A stretch of 64,000 nt of DNA from Macrostomum lignano. Lineage: Eukaryota. Below are positions 13,901-26,676 of the stretch, piece by piece. Within the stretch, counting starts at the first letter, position 1; the number at the start of each line of letters is the position of its first letter. The position numbers and the translations under genes are program-made. The stretch lies in contig NIVC01000632.1 of assembly GCA_002269645.1 (NCBI GenBank), forward strand, positions 62,001-126,000, read 5' to 3'. The notes under the pieces were generated by a model, which was given only the letters and a program-made list of their open reading frames with translations, had not been told where the DNA came from and did not search any database.

Positions 13901-16900
13901 TTATGATTGTTTACATGACGCTTCTACGATTTTTATATGACGCTTCTATGATTTTTTACATGACGCTTCTATGATTGTTTACATGACGCTTCTATGATTG
14001 TTTACATGACGCTTCTATGATTTTTACATGACGCTTCTACGATTTTTTACATGACGCTTTTATGATTGTTTACATGACGCTTCTACGATTTTTATATGAC
14101 GCTTCTATGATTTTTTACATGACGCTTCTACGATTTTTTACATGACGCTTCTATGATTTTTTACATGACGCTTCTATGATTGTTTACATGACGCTTCTAT
14201 GATTGTTTACATGACGCTTCTATGATTTTTTAAATGACGCTTCTATGATTGTTTACATGACGCTTCTATGATTGTTTACATGACGCTTCTAAGATTTTTT
14301 ACATGACGCTTCTACGATTTTTTACATGACGCTTTTATGATTGTTTACATGACGCTTCTACGATTTTTATATGACGCTTCTATGATTTTTTACATGACGC
14401 TTCTATGATTTTTATATGACGCTTCTATGATTGTTTACATGACGCTTCTATGATTGTTTACATGACGCTTCTATGATTGTTTACATGACGCTTCTATGAT
14501 TTTTTACATGACGCTTCTACGATTTTTACATGACGCTTTTATGATTGTTTACATGACGCTTCTACGATTTTTATATGACGCTTCTATGATTTTTTACATG
14601 ACGCTTCTATGATTTTTTACATGACGCTTCTATGATTGTTTACATGACGCTTCTATGATTGTTTACATGACGCTTCTATGATTGTTTACATGACGCTTCT
14701 ATGATTTTTTAAATGACGCTTCTATGATTGTTTACATGACGCTTCTACGATTTTTATATGACGCTTCTATGATTGTTTACATGACGCTTCTATGATTGTT
14801 TACATGACGCTTCTATGATTGTTTACATGACGCTTCTATGATTGTTTACATGACGCTTCTATGATTGTTTACATGACGCTTCTATGATTGTTTACATGAC
14901 GCTTCTTTGATTTTTTACATGACGCTTCTATGATTTTTTACATGACGCTTCTACGATGTTTTACATGACGCTTTTATGATTGTTTACATGACGCTTCTAC
15001 GATTTTTATATGACGCTTCTATGATTTTTTACATGACGCTTCTATGATTTTTTACATGACGCTTCTATGATTGTTTACATGACGCTTCTATGATTGTTTA
15101 CATGACGCTTCTATAATTGTTTACATGACGCTTCTATGATTTTTTAAATGACGCTTCTATGATTGTTTACATGACGCTTCTACGATTTTTATATGACGCT
15201 TCTATGATTGTTTACATGACTTTTCTAAGATTTTTTACATGACGCTTTTACGATTTTTTACATGACGCTTTTATGATTGTTTACATGACGCTTCTACGAT
15301 TTTTATATGACGCTTCTATGATTTTTTACATGACGCTTCTATGATTGTTTACATGACGCTTCTATGATTGTTTACATGACGCTTCTATGATTTTTTACAT
15401 GACGCTTCTACGATTTTTTACATGACGCTTTTATGATTGTTTACATGACGCTTCTACGATTTTTATATGACGCTTCTATGATTTTTTACATGACGCTTCT
15501 ATGATTTTTTACATGACGCTTCTATGATTGTTTACATGACGCTTCTATGATTGTTTACATGACGCTTCTAAGATTTTTTACATGACGCTTCTACGATGTT
15601 TTACATGACGCTTTTATGATTGTTTACATGACGCTTCTACGATTTTTATATGACGCTTCTATGATTTTTTACATGACGCTTCTATGATTTTTTACATGAC
15701 GCTTCTATGATTGTTTACATGACGCTTCTATGATTGTTTACATGACGCTTCTATAATTGTTTACATGACGCTTCTATGATTTTTTAAATGACGCTTTTAT
15801 GATTGTTTACATGACGCTTCTACGATTTTTATATGACGCTTCTATGATTGTTTACATGACGCTTCTATGATTTTTTACATGACGCTTCTACGATTTTTTA
15901 CATGACGCTTTTATGATTGTTTACATGACGCTTCTACGATTTTTATATGACGCTTCTATGATTTTTTACATGACGCTTCTATGATTGTTTACATGACGCT
16001 TCTATGATTGTTTACATGACGCTTCTATGATTTTTTACATGACGCTTCTACGATTTTTTACATGACGCTTTTATGATTGTTTACATGACGCTTCTACGAT
16101 TTTTATATGACGCTTCTATGATTTTTTACATGACGCTTCTATGATTTTTTACATGACGCTTCTATGATTGTTTACATGACGCTTTTATGATTGTTTACAT
16201 GACGCTTCTATGATTGTTTACATGACGCTTCTATGATTTTTTAAATGACGCTTCTATGATTGTTTACATGACGCTTCTACGATTTTTATATGACGCTTCT
16301 ATGATTGTTTACATGACGCTTCTATGATTGTTTACATGACGCTTCTATGATTTTTATATGACGTTCTATGATTGTTTACATGACGCTTCTATGATTGTTT
16401 ACATGACGCTTCTATGATTGTTTACAGACGCTTCTATGATTTTTACATGACGCTTCTATGATTGTTTACATGACGCTTCTATGATTGTTTACATGACGCT
16501 TCTATGATTGTTTACATGACGCTTCTATGATTTTTTACATGGCGCTTCTATGATTGTTTACATGACGCTTCTATGATTGTTTACATGACGCTTCTATGAT
16601 TGTTTACATGACGCTTCTAAGATTTTTTACATGACGCTTCTATGATTTTTTACATGACGCTTCTACGATTTTTTACATGACGCTTTTATGATTGTTTACA
16701 TGACGCTTCTACGATTTTTATATGACGCTTCTATGATTGTTTACATGACGCTTCTATGATTGTTTACATGACGCTTCTACGATGTTTTACATGACGCTTT
16801 TATGATTGTTTACATGACGCTTCTACGATTTTTATATGACGCTTCTATGATTTTTTACATGACGCTTCTATGATTTTTTACATGACGCTTCTATGATTGT

Positions 16901-17897
16901 TTACATGACGCTTCTATGATTGTTTACATGACGCTTCTATGATTGTTTACATGACGCTTCTATGATTTTTTAAATGACGCTTCTATGATTGTTTACATGA
17001 CGCTTCTACGATTTTTATATGACGCTTCTATGATTGTTTACATGACGCTTCTAAGATTTTTTACATGACGCTTCTACGATTTTTTACATGACGCTTTTAT
17101 GATTGTTTACATGACGCTTCTACGATTTTTATATGACGCTTCTATGATTTTTTACATGACGCTTCTATGATTGTTTACATGACGCTTCTATGATTGTTTA
17201 CATGACGCTTCTATGATTTTTTACATGACGCTTCTACGATTTTTACATGACGCTTTATGATTGTTTACATGACGCTTCTACGATTTTTATATGACGCTTC
17301 TATGATTTTTTACATGACGCTTCTATGATTTTTTACATGACGCTTCTATGATTGTTTACATGACGCTTCTATGATTGTTTACATGACGCTTCTATGATTG
17401 TTTACATGACGCTTCTATGATTTTTTAAATGACGCTTCTATGATTGTTTACATGACGCTTCTACGATTTTTATATGACGCTTCTATGATTGTTTACATGA
17501 CGCTTCTATGATTGTTTACATGACGCTTCTATGATTTTTATATGACGTTTCTATGATTGTTTACATGACGCTTCTATGATTGTTTACATGACGCTTCTAT
17601 GATTGTTTACAGTACGCTTCTATGATTTTTACATGACGCTTCTATGATTGTTTACATGACGCTTTCTATGATTGTTTACATGACGCTTCTATGATTGTTT
17701 ACATGACGCTTCTATGATTTTTTACATGGCGCTTCTATGATTGTTTACATGACGCTTCTATGATTGTTTACATGACGCTTCTATGATTGTTTACATGACG
17801 CTTCTAAGATTTTTTACATGACGCTTCTACGATTTTTTACATGACGCTTGTATGATTGTTTACATGACGCTTCTACGATTTTTATATGACGCTTCTT
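7930..17897. repeat. 22-23-bp satellite (ACATGACGCTTCTATGATTGTTT)n, about 10-kb array
   Basis: Same monomer as 4660-6256; roughly 430-440 copies by length divided by period. Confidence 0.98.
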
Positions 17898-18671
17898 TTT
17901 AAAAAGTCTTTTAGTTTTCCTGACGTTGAAAAGCTTTAATTAAAAAAATTATACTCAAATTCAAACCATCAAAAATTCAAACCATCGTCACTGCATTTAG
18001 CAGTTCAGTTTGTTCACCTTTAGGCTAGCTCTCATCGTTTTGATAACATCAACTTTTGCACTTATATAACTCAACACTTTTAAATCCAAGCATAGAGTAA
18101 ATCACACGAAGCAGTTATGACATAATCAGTTTCTCAGTCAGTCAGTATCAGTTAACAATATGGTTACGCAATTTAAATCAAGTCTGGTGCTACGCTTCCA
18201 CACTGCATTTTCAATTCAAGTCGGAGTTACAATTCAGTTATGATGCAATCTATTTCAGAGTCAGAATTCAACCAGTCAGTTTTTTCTCTAGCATTCTTAC
18301 AATGCATTTCAAGTCGAAAAGTTTGCTTGACCTTTGCAAAAAAGCATGTTTTTCGAATATTTAATGCCTTTAGCATTGAGAAATTTCTTATCCACGATGC
18401 ATGTACCGTCACGGGAAAATTTCTGATCGAACAGTGCAAGTTCGAACAAAATCGGTCCAGCCATTTTTTCTCTAATCTATCACATATATATATATATATA
18501 TATATAGACATCACATTTTTAGTATATAGGACTAGCAATCTTCGCCCCCCGTTGGGGGACATCTGTATAGAATCTCTGTTCTCTACAAGTAACAAAAAGA
18601 TAGCAAAAAAGCCTTCACAAAGAAAACAGACAAAATACTCAAATGAAGTGCAATGCAAAAAGAAATCATCC

Positions 18672-18895
18672 CAAGACAGCAAGCATCCCCCTGATAGCAA
18701 GCATCCCCCAGATTGCAAGCATCCCCCAGATAGCAAGCATCCCCCAAATAGCAAGCATCCCCTAGATAGCAAGCATCCCCCAAATAGCAAGCATCCCCCA
18801 GATAGCAAGCATCCCCCAGATAGGAAGCATCCCCCCTCCCGGATAGCAAGCATCCCCCAGATAGCAAGCATCCCAAAATAGTAAACATCCACCAG
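18672..18895. repeat. 18-bp minisatellite (GATAGCAAGCATCCCCCA)n
   Basis: About 12 copies; produces the spurious DSKHPP / SGGCLL ORFs. Confidence 0.95.
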
Positions 18896-18954
18896 ACAAT
18901 AAGTAGCTAGTGCAACAATTTCCTTTGCTCTATAGTGGCTCCCTTAAAATTGGC

Positions 18955-21270
18955 ATGACGCTTACTTTTACGTTTGAAATTGTGTATCTTTTATGTTTGA
19001 CATGGTGGCTCTTTTATGTTCTACATGGTGGCTCTTTAATGTTCTACATGGTGGCTCTTTGATGTTTGATTCGGAGTTTTTTAATGTCTGACATGGTGTC
19101 ACTTTAATGTTTGACATTGTGGCTCTTTTATGTTTGACATGGTGGCTCTTAGTGTTTGACATGGTGGCTCTATAATGTTAGACATGGTGGCTCCATAATG
19201 TTAGACATGGTGGCTCTTTAATGTTCGACATGGTGGCTCTTTAATGTTAGACATGTTGGCTATTAAATTTTTGACATGGTGGCTCTTTAATGTTCGACAT
19301 AGTGGTCCTTTTATGCTTGAAATGGTGGCTCTTTAATATTTGACATGGTGGCTCTTTTATGTTTGGCATGATGGCTCTTTGATGTTTGATATAGAGTCAC
19401 GAATATACTTGACATGGTGACTCGTTAATGTTAGACATGGTGGCTCTTTAATGTTTGACATGGTGGCTCTTTAATGTTCGACATGGTATATCTATAATGT
19501 TAGACATGGTGGCTTTTTAATGTTCGACATGGTGCCTCTTTAATATTTGACATGGTGGTCCTTTTATGTTCTACACGGTGGCTCTTTTATGTTTGACATG
19601 ATGGCTCTTTAATGTTTGACATGGAGTCACATATATGTTGGACATGGTGGCTCTTTAATGTTCGACATGGTGGATCTATAATGTTTGACATGGTGGCTTT
19701 TTAATGTTCGACATGGTGGCTCTTTAATGTTAGACATGGTGGCTCTTTAATGTTTGACATGGTGGCTCTTTAATTTTTGACATGGTAGCTCTTTTATGTT
19801 TGACATGATGGCTCTTTTATGTTTGACATGATGGCCCTTTTATGTTCTTCATGGTGGCTCTTTTATGTTAGACATGGAGTCACGAATATACTTGACATGG
19901 TGACTCGTTAATGTTAGACATGGTGGCTCTTTAATGTTTGAAGTGGTGGCTCTTTAATATTTGACATGGTGGCTCTTTAATGTTTGACATGGTGGCTCTT
20001 TAATGTTCGACATGGTGCCTCTTTAATGTTTGACATGGTGGTCCTTTTATGTTTGACATGGTGGCTCTTTAATATTAGACATGGTGGCTCTTTAATGTTA
20101 GACATGGTAGCTCTTTAATGTTCGAGATGGTGGTTCTTTAATGTTCGACATGGTGGCTCTTTAATGTTAGACATGGTGGTTCTTTAATGTTCGACATGGT
20201 GGCTCTGTAATGTTTGACGTTGTGGCTCTTTAATGTTTGACATGGTGGCTCTATATTGTTCGACATGGTGGTTCTTTATGTTCGACATGGTGGCTCTTTT
20301 ATGCTTGACATGGTGGCTCTTTACTTTTTGACATGGAGTCACATATATGTTTGACATGGTGGCTCTTTAATTTTTGACATGGTGGCTCTTTTATGTTTGA
20401 CATGATGGCTCTTTTATGTTTGACATGGTGGCTCTTTAATGTTCGACATGGTGGCTCTTTAGTGTTTGACATGGTGGCTCTTTAAGGTTTAACATGGATT
20501 CACGAATATACTTGACATGGTGACTCGTTAATGTTAGACATGGTGGCACCCTAGTGTAATGAATGCTCTTTAATGTTTGAAATGGTGGCTCTATATTGTT
20601 CGACATGGTGGTTCTTTATGTTCGACATGGTGGCTCTTTTATGCTTGACATGGTGGCTCTTTACTTTTTGACATGGAGTCACATATATGTTTGACATGGT
20701 GGCTTTTTAATGTCAGACATGGTGGCTCTTTAATGTTCGACATGGTGGTACTTTTATGCTTGACATGGTGGCTCTATAATGTTCGACATGGTGGTTCTTT
20801 TATGTTCGACATGGTGGCTCTTTTATGCTTGACATGGTCGCTCTTTACTTTTTGACATGGAGTCACATATATGTTTGACATGGTGGCTCTTTTATGTTGG
20901 ACATGGTGGCTCTTTTATGTTGGACATGGTGGCTCTTTAGTGTTTGACATGGTGGCTCTTTTATGTTTGACATGGATTCACGAATATACTTGACATGGTG
21001 ACTCGATAATGTTAGACATGGTGGCTCTTTAATGTTTGACCTGGTGGCACCCTAGTGTAATGATGGCTCTTTAATGTTTGAAATGGTGGCTCTTTAATAT
21101 TTGACATGGTGGCTCTTTAATGTTCGACATGGTGGCTCTATAATGTTAGACATGGTGGCTCTTTAATGTTCGACATGGTGGCTCTTTAATGTTAGACATG
21201 GTGGCTCTTTAATGTTAGACATGGTGGATCTTTTATGTTTGACATGATGGCTCTTTAATGTTTTACATTG
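18955..21270. repeat. 23-bp satellite (ACATGGTGGCTCTTTAATGTTTG)n
   Basis: Period 23 (19981 and 20004); about 100 moderately diverged copies. Confidence 0.95.
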
Positions 21271-22164
21271 TGCTTTTTGTTTTTAGCATTTAAAATGTTT
21301 TTATTAGGGTTTTTTTAATAAAAAAATCTTTTTGCACTACTAAGCTTTGAACCCAGGTCGCTACATAAGCAGTCCAATCTGTTTGCATCGAGGCTTTCTC
21401 TTTTCAATTGGCGAACATGATTTGTGGCCCTTATAATTCAATGCTTACAGCAAGTTGGTTAGAGTAAAAAGTTATGACATAATCAATTTCTTAGTCAGCC
21501 AGTATCAGTGTCAATTTAAGTTAGCAATATTGTTACGCAATTTCAATCAAGTTGTGTGTGCATTTCTTTGGCACTGTTTTCAACTTGTTGTGATGCAATC
21601 TTTATCAGAATTGAAATTCAGTCAGTCAGTTTTTTCTCTAGCATTCTTACAATGCATTTCAGATCGAAAGAGCCGCTTGACCTTTGCAAAAAAGCCTGTT
21701 TTTCGAATATTTAATCCCTTTAATATTGAGCAATTTCTTAGCCAAGATGCATGTACCGTCCCAGGAAAATTTCTGATCGAATGGTGCAAGTTTGAAGAAA
21801 ATCGGTTGAGCCATTTTTTCTGAAATCTATCGCATACCTACCCACATACATACAGACAACTCATTTTTAGTATATAGGATTAATTTTTTGTTGCTATGAG
21901 ATAAGAATACATTCAAAATCCTATTTAAGAATTGTCGCCGAAATGGTTGTCGCCGAATTGACCTGTCGCCGAAATGGATGTCGCCGAAATGGTTTTTCGC
22001 CGAAATGGACCGGATTCCCGTTTTTATTTATTGTTTGGGCAGCTTGCATGTGCTACGCATTGTTACACAGTCAGCTAAAGAATGATAAAATAGACTCATT
22101 AAACCAAAGAGCCAAGCTGTGCTATTTTAATGGTTTTTGAGCACGACATGCGCAAATGTACGTA

Positions 22165-22398
22165 GAATAAAAAATTAACATAGAATCCTAATTTTCTGAA
22201 CGAAAAGCTTTATTATATCGATAGAGCAATAAAAAGGGCACAACATATCAAAAGATGAACACTGGAACTGCCTCCCATCAAAATCAATAACAATTTTAGT
22301 GCTGAAAAATGAAAACTTCCTATCTCCGTAGTATATTTTTTCGGGAAAACCTGCCTTCTAAAATTTTCGAAGAAACGAGGTTTCCCATCCTTCTACTT
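22165..22398 (+). repeat. Dispersed repeat, direct copy at about 39723-39958
   Basis: AATAAAAAATTAACATAGAATCCTAATTTTCTGAACGAAAAGC...GAAACGAGGTTTCCC is shared between the two sites. Confidence 0.9.
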
Positions 22399-23178
22399 GG
22401 TAAGTCAACCTTTAATTCGGTGCCATACGGGTGGGCGCAGCGGTCAGGTGGGAATGGAAAAGAGGCGCGGTTAGGACTCGGTCGCTAAACAGTTAAATTT
22501 CTGTGAATTTCTTTTTTGTTACCTACCTGTTTTAAGACATACGACAGCATCAGAGCAATATTTTATTTTAATCAAGTGAATTTTTAACTTTTCAGTTTTC
22601 TTTGGATACGATGGTTCGCTTCATATGCAATAATCAGATATATTCAGAACGCAATAGCTAGGCAACATAGGCCTTAGTTACTGAAGCCTAAATCTCTAAG
22701 TAAACAGATAGCGAATTCAATAAATTTCTTTACCGACACAAAGAATAGATATTCGAAAATTTGATAACCGTCTAAGCCGAAAAATAATTTATTTTTTATT
22801 AGGCCTACCCTTTATACATTTATCACTTAGCAGTAGCCTAGCTTAAATTATAATATAGTGTGACCCATTCGCTTTTTAGTCTATTTTACTTTAAAGCTAA
22901 TGCTAAATGTCACAAGAACTTCTAAGTGTTCTTCAAAATCCTGATGTACAGGGAGGACAGGATGAAAAAGTCATTGGAGGTAAGATATTTTTTGACCTAC
23001 TTTATTATCAAATTATTTTTAGTATTTGATATATATGCTCCTATGTCGTGTATTGAAATTGGATCAGTGACGTTCTACCTAATGCCAATCGACATTTTGT
23101 CAGAATACTCACTATTTGTTTAAGCATTTAAAATTCTGCCATTTAAAATTATCTCACATTTATAATAATTAAAATTAT

Positions 23179-23845
23179 GGCAGTGCTTATCCCCACGGTA
23201 CCGTAGGAATAATTTCTGTCTTATTCCAACAGTACCGTGCGAATAATTTTCTGCTTATCCGCACGGCACACTGACGAGATAGCTGCCCTATCTTCTACAT
23301 ATGCCGTGGGAATAATTTTCTGCTTATCCGCACGGCACACTGATGAGATAGCTGCCCTACACGTCCTCTGTTTTATTCCCTCTGCTTTACTAGCTGCCCT
23401 ATCGGTTTTTATCTGCTACATATATATGCTGTGCGTGAATAGTTTATAGCTTATTGAAAGGGAATTTGAACTGAGGATACTAAGAAGCTGTTGATCTTGA
23501 TGTATAAACTCGAATCAGTTCTAGACTAGTATATGCATGTGTAAATGCGTGTTATTCTGCTTTACTGATACCCTTCTGTATACTTATTCAACAATAATTC
23601 AACAAAGTTGTTATACTGCACTCAAATCGTATGTACTAAACTTCCCACACACATATGTAGAAGATAGGGCAGCTATCTCGTCAGTGTGCCGTGCGGATAA
23701 GCAGAAAATTATTCGCACGGCATATGTAGAAGATAGGGCAGCTATCTCCTCAGTGTGCCGTGCGGATAAGCAGAAAATTATTCGCACGGTACCATTGGAA
23801 TAAGACAGAAATTATTCCTACGGTACCGTGGGGATAAGCACTGCC
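23179..23845. mobile_element. Foldback/Mutator-like MITE with about 170-200-bp TIRs containing 69-bp subrepeats
   Basis: Ends are GGCAGTGCTTATCCCC...GGGGATAAGCACTGCC. An exact 9-bp TSD TAAAATTAT lies at 23170-23178 and 23846-23854. Confidence 0.9.
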
Positions 23846-23857
23846 TAAAATTATTAT

Positions 23858-24468
23858 GGGAACTGGTTACAGTGACAGTTAGTTTGGTAACAATCACTTT
23901 GGTGATATCTGTTTTAATAACAGGTTACTTTGGTAATATCCACTTTAGTGACAGGTTAGTTTGGGGCAAAATATGTATATAGAATATAGCCTGTCTATTA
24001 TTTATAAGTCTGATTTGTTTTTATAATGAATCAATGATAGGGAATTCTTATTAATAGTTATCATTCTTTTTTTAAATGCCTTTCACTTTGTTATATACAA
24101 TTATTATTTTTATTAACTGAAGTTTGTTAACTGAGATTTGATCTTAAGGTTTTATTTTATGCACATTTTAATTTGTAGCTAACTTGACATATGTAATTGT
24201 AATTGGCATTCAATTCATATAATAGATTTAATAAAATATTTTATGCAGTCTATTTTAAAATGCAAATATTTGAGAATGTTTTCAAATATACATGGAAATT
24301 TGCATGCATTTTTATTCACTTTTAAAAATAAATGGAAATATATTATAATTATGAATAATCAAGTAAATGCTCTATGTATATATATATTTGGCACCGAAGT
24401 AACCTGTCACCAAAATAGATGTCAAATGACTCTCACCAAACTGACTATTACCAAAGTAACTATAATCC
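23858..24468. mobile_element. Older degenerate MITE-like element with imperfect TIRs
   Basis: 23858-23950 (GTTACTTTGGT / GTTAGTTTGGT motifs) is the approximate reverse complement of 24390-24468 (ACCAAAGTAAC / ACCAAACTGAC). Confidence 0.45.
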
Positions 24469-26676
24469 CTATTTATACTATTCTATTTATCAATGGTAAT
24501 ATTCATATATTATATGTGCAATCTCCAAATTTAGTTGGCCATGCAACTTAGTTTTAACAAAAATGTGATAGTTTTTGGCCAAAAATGCAACTTGTATGTA
24601 AAAGAAACCCTAAAGCAAAATTAATGCAACTTTGGGTAAATAGCAGGAGTTATTATGACTGGTTTATTAAGGCAAAATGCCTTGTTATCTGCTTATACTA
24701 CTTGGGTATTTATTTGGGTGGGAATTTTTGCAACTTACCTTGGTTGGCCACCAAATGGTCGTCAACTATTGTGCATGTATAGTAATATTGTTATTTTTTA
24801 AATATATATAATGATGTTAAAAGAAAAAAAACAATGATTAATTAATATTAAGCTTGTTAATTACTTAATACATATCAAATGTAAGTATGATATTGAATAA
24901 TATTGGCAAGTTTCTAGCTTGTTTTTCAATATTATTTTCAAGTTTAAATTGGTATTATAAAATACTGCCTTTAAGCACTAGATAAAGCAGTTTACAGATA
25001 GTACATAGAGTAATAGCTAGTGTTAGAGCAATAGATAAGGCAATAAAAGTAGCAATGGATGGTGCAATAGATAGAGCCATAGATAGAATGATAAATAGCA
25101 GTTATAGATACAAGCTAGAGGCTAAAGCATTTTCTAAAGCAATTTCCTATCCCTTTTGGCCATAGATAGTCTTGTGCATTATAATTGCAATTCTTGACTT
25201 TTTATAAGATCTTGAAAGTGAGATTGAGACCTAAAAAGTATTAAGATCTTGTCCAACTCCCAACTGTAGATTAGGATATAAGGTTAGGATTAGAATAGGT
25301 ATAGTCATTGCTAGTATATAGTTAAAAATAGTATATGTCCTATGATAGCTATAGCAATATACAGTTGTAAAGCATGGTAAAAAAGTTATATTTAGCAATG
25401 CTAATAGCAATATAAATATATGTTTAAATATTTATTATCAAAATATAGTATATTCTATACTCAAGATATCACATGTGAGTTAAAATATATTTTAGCATAT
25501 TTTTAGAATATGTATAGGCTAATTGCAATTTGTACACTAAGGCCTTTAATCAATATTGACAAGTGTATAACTAAAGTGTGTGATAGCAATAAAAATAGAA
25601 TAAAGCCTGGAATAAATAATACATCAGTATATTTAGATTTTATATATTTATAATTTGCAACTTTGTGTTTTTCTTAGCCAATATTATGATTAAAAATGTC
25701 TAACCAAATTAAAATCAATTAAAACTTTTTAGGAAAGTGCCATTTTGAATTCTCATTTATTAATACTAAAATAATTAGTGTATACACCAATTGTCTTGGA
25801 AAAAATTAAAAAGGATACTCATATTTTATATATTACATAGTTTGGATAACCTATTATTAGCTAAAAAAATTGATTAGCTTTTGCTATATGCCATTGTGCA
25901 CTAAATATCTGCTAGGCTTTTGCTATATTTAAGATGTACCAATTCATGCATATTGTTTGTTTATATATGCCCAAAGTTTCTACCATAATGTACATCTTTT
26001 GAAATATAGGTTGTAATGAATATTCTAATAAATATTCATATACAATTGTTTAAAGACCTTAAAAATTTATTGTATTTTTGTATTCATGTATGACATTGTT
26101 TTTAATAGTCTTAAGTTCTATTATGCTTTTATAAACTGTAATGTTTTAAAGTCTTCCCATATTGCTAATAGGAAAAGAAATATTTGACAAAGCAATATTA
26201 TCAATAGGATTGATACTCATATCTATCAATTTTAATAACCTTTCAACTTTTATTTGCTAAAGCTACTTTATGAGAAGTGATTGGCTGTCGCATTCCAAAT
26301 CTAGCTATTAGCTGAGATACCCTGTAATGCAAGTAGATTTACTTATAATATAATGGACTACAAATGCCAATGCTACTTTGGAGATAATATAAGGGGAATT
26401 CTAGGCTCATGTGAGCTATTGAAAACTTGCAAGTATTTTATCATATTGTCTGAACAGCATTTATTCTTAATAATTTTTGAACTGATTATATACAATTTTA
26501 TAAATGAAGTACACTGTGTGGTGATATAGGTTTATATGTAAAATTCATGATAGGTTCTTTTACATTTTACAACTTACAGTTTGTTCTCTATTCTCTTGAA
26601 GTGAACTAGATTGTCATCCTACTCTAAACAACTCGTTGTTGTCAATTGTCTATTAAAAATCAATGTAATTCAAAGC

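Larger units (their letters stand above)
6864..18530 (+). mobile_element. Helitron-like unit 2, near-identical flanks to unit 1, satellite expanded to about 10 kb
   Basis: 6864-7930 matches 3707-4660 apart from about 150 extra bp near 7275-7425. 17898-18530 matches 6257-6863. Confidence 0.6.
18531..21880 (+). mobile_element. Helitron-like unit 3, diverged, carrying 18-bp and 23-bp tandem repeats
   Basis: Same 5' end (ACTAGCAATCTTCGCCCCCCGTTGGGG) and a homologous 3' block (21440-21880) ending (ACAT)n..TTTTAGTATATAGGAT. Confidence 0.55.

Noticed and set aside
7930-17897. CRISPR array
   Set aside because: Contiguous monomers with no unique spacers, no cas genes, and a eukaryotic context. The same applies to the 34-bp and 25-bp arrays.
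18227-18892. Overlapping 213-221-aa ORFs
   Set aside because: They are translations of the 18-bp repeat plus non-coding element ends that are duplicated at about 6.5 kb and 21.6 kb.
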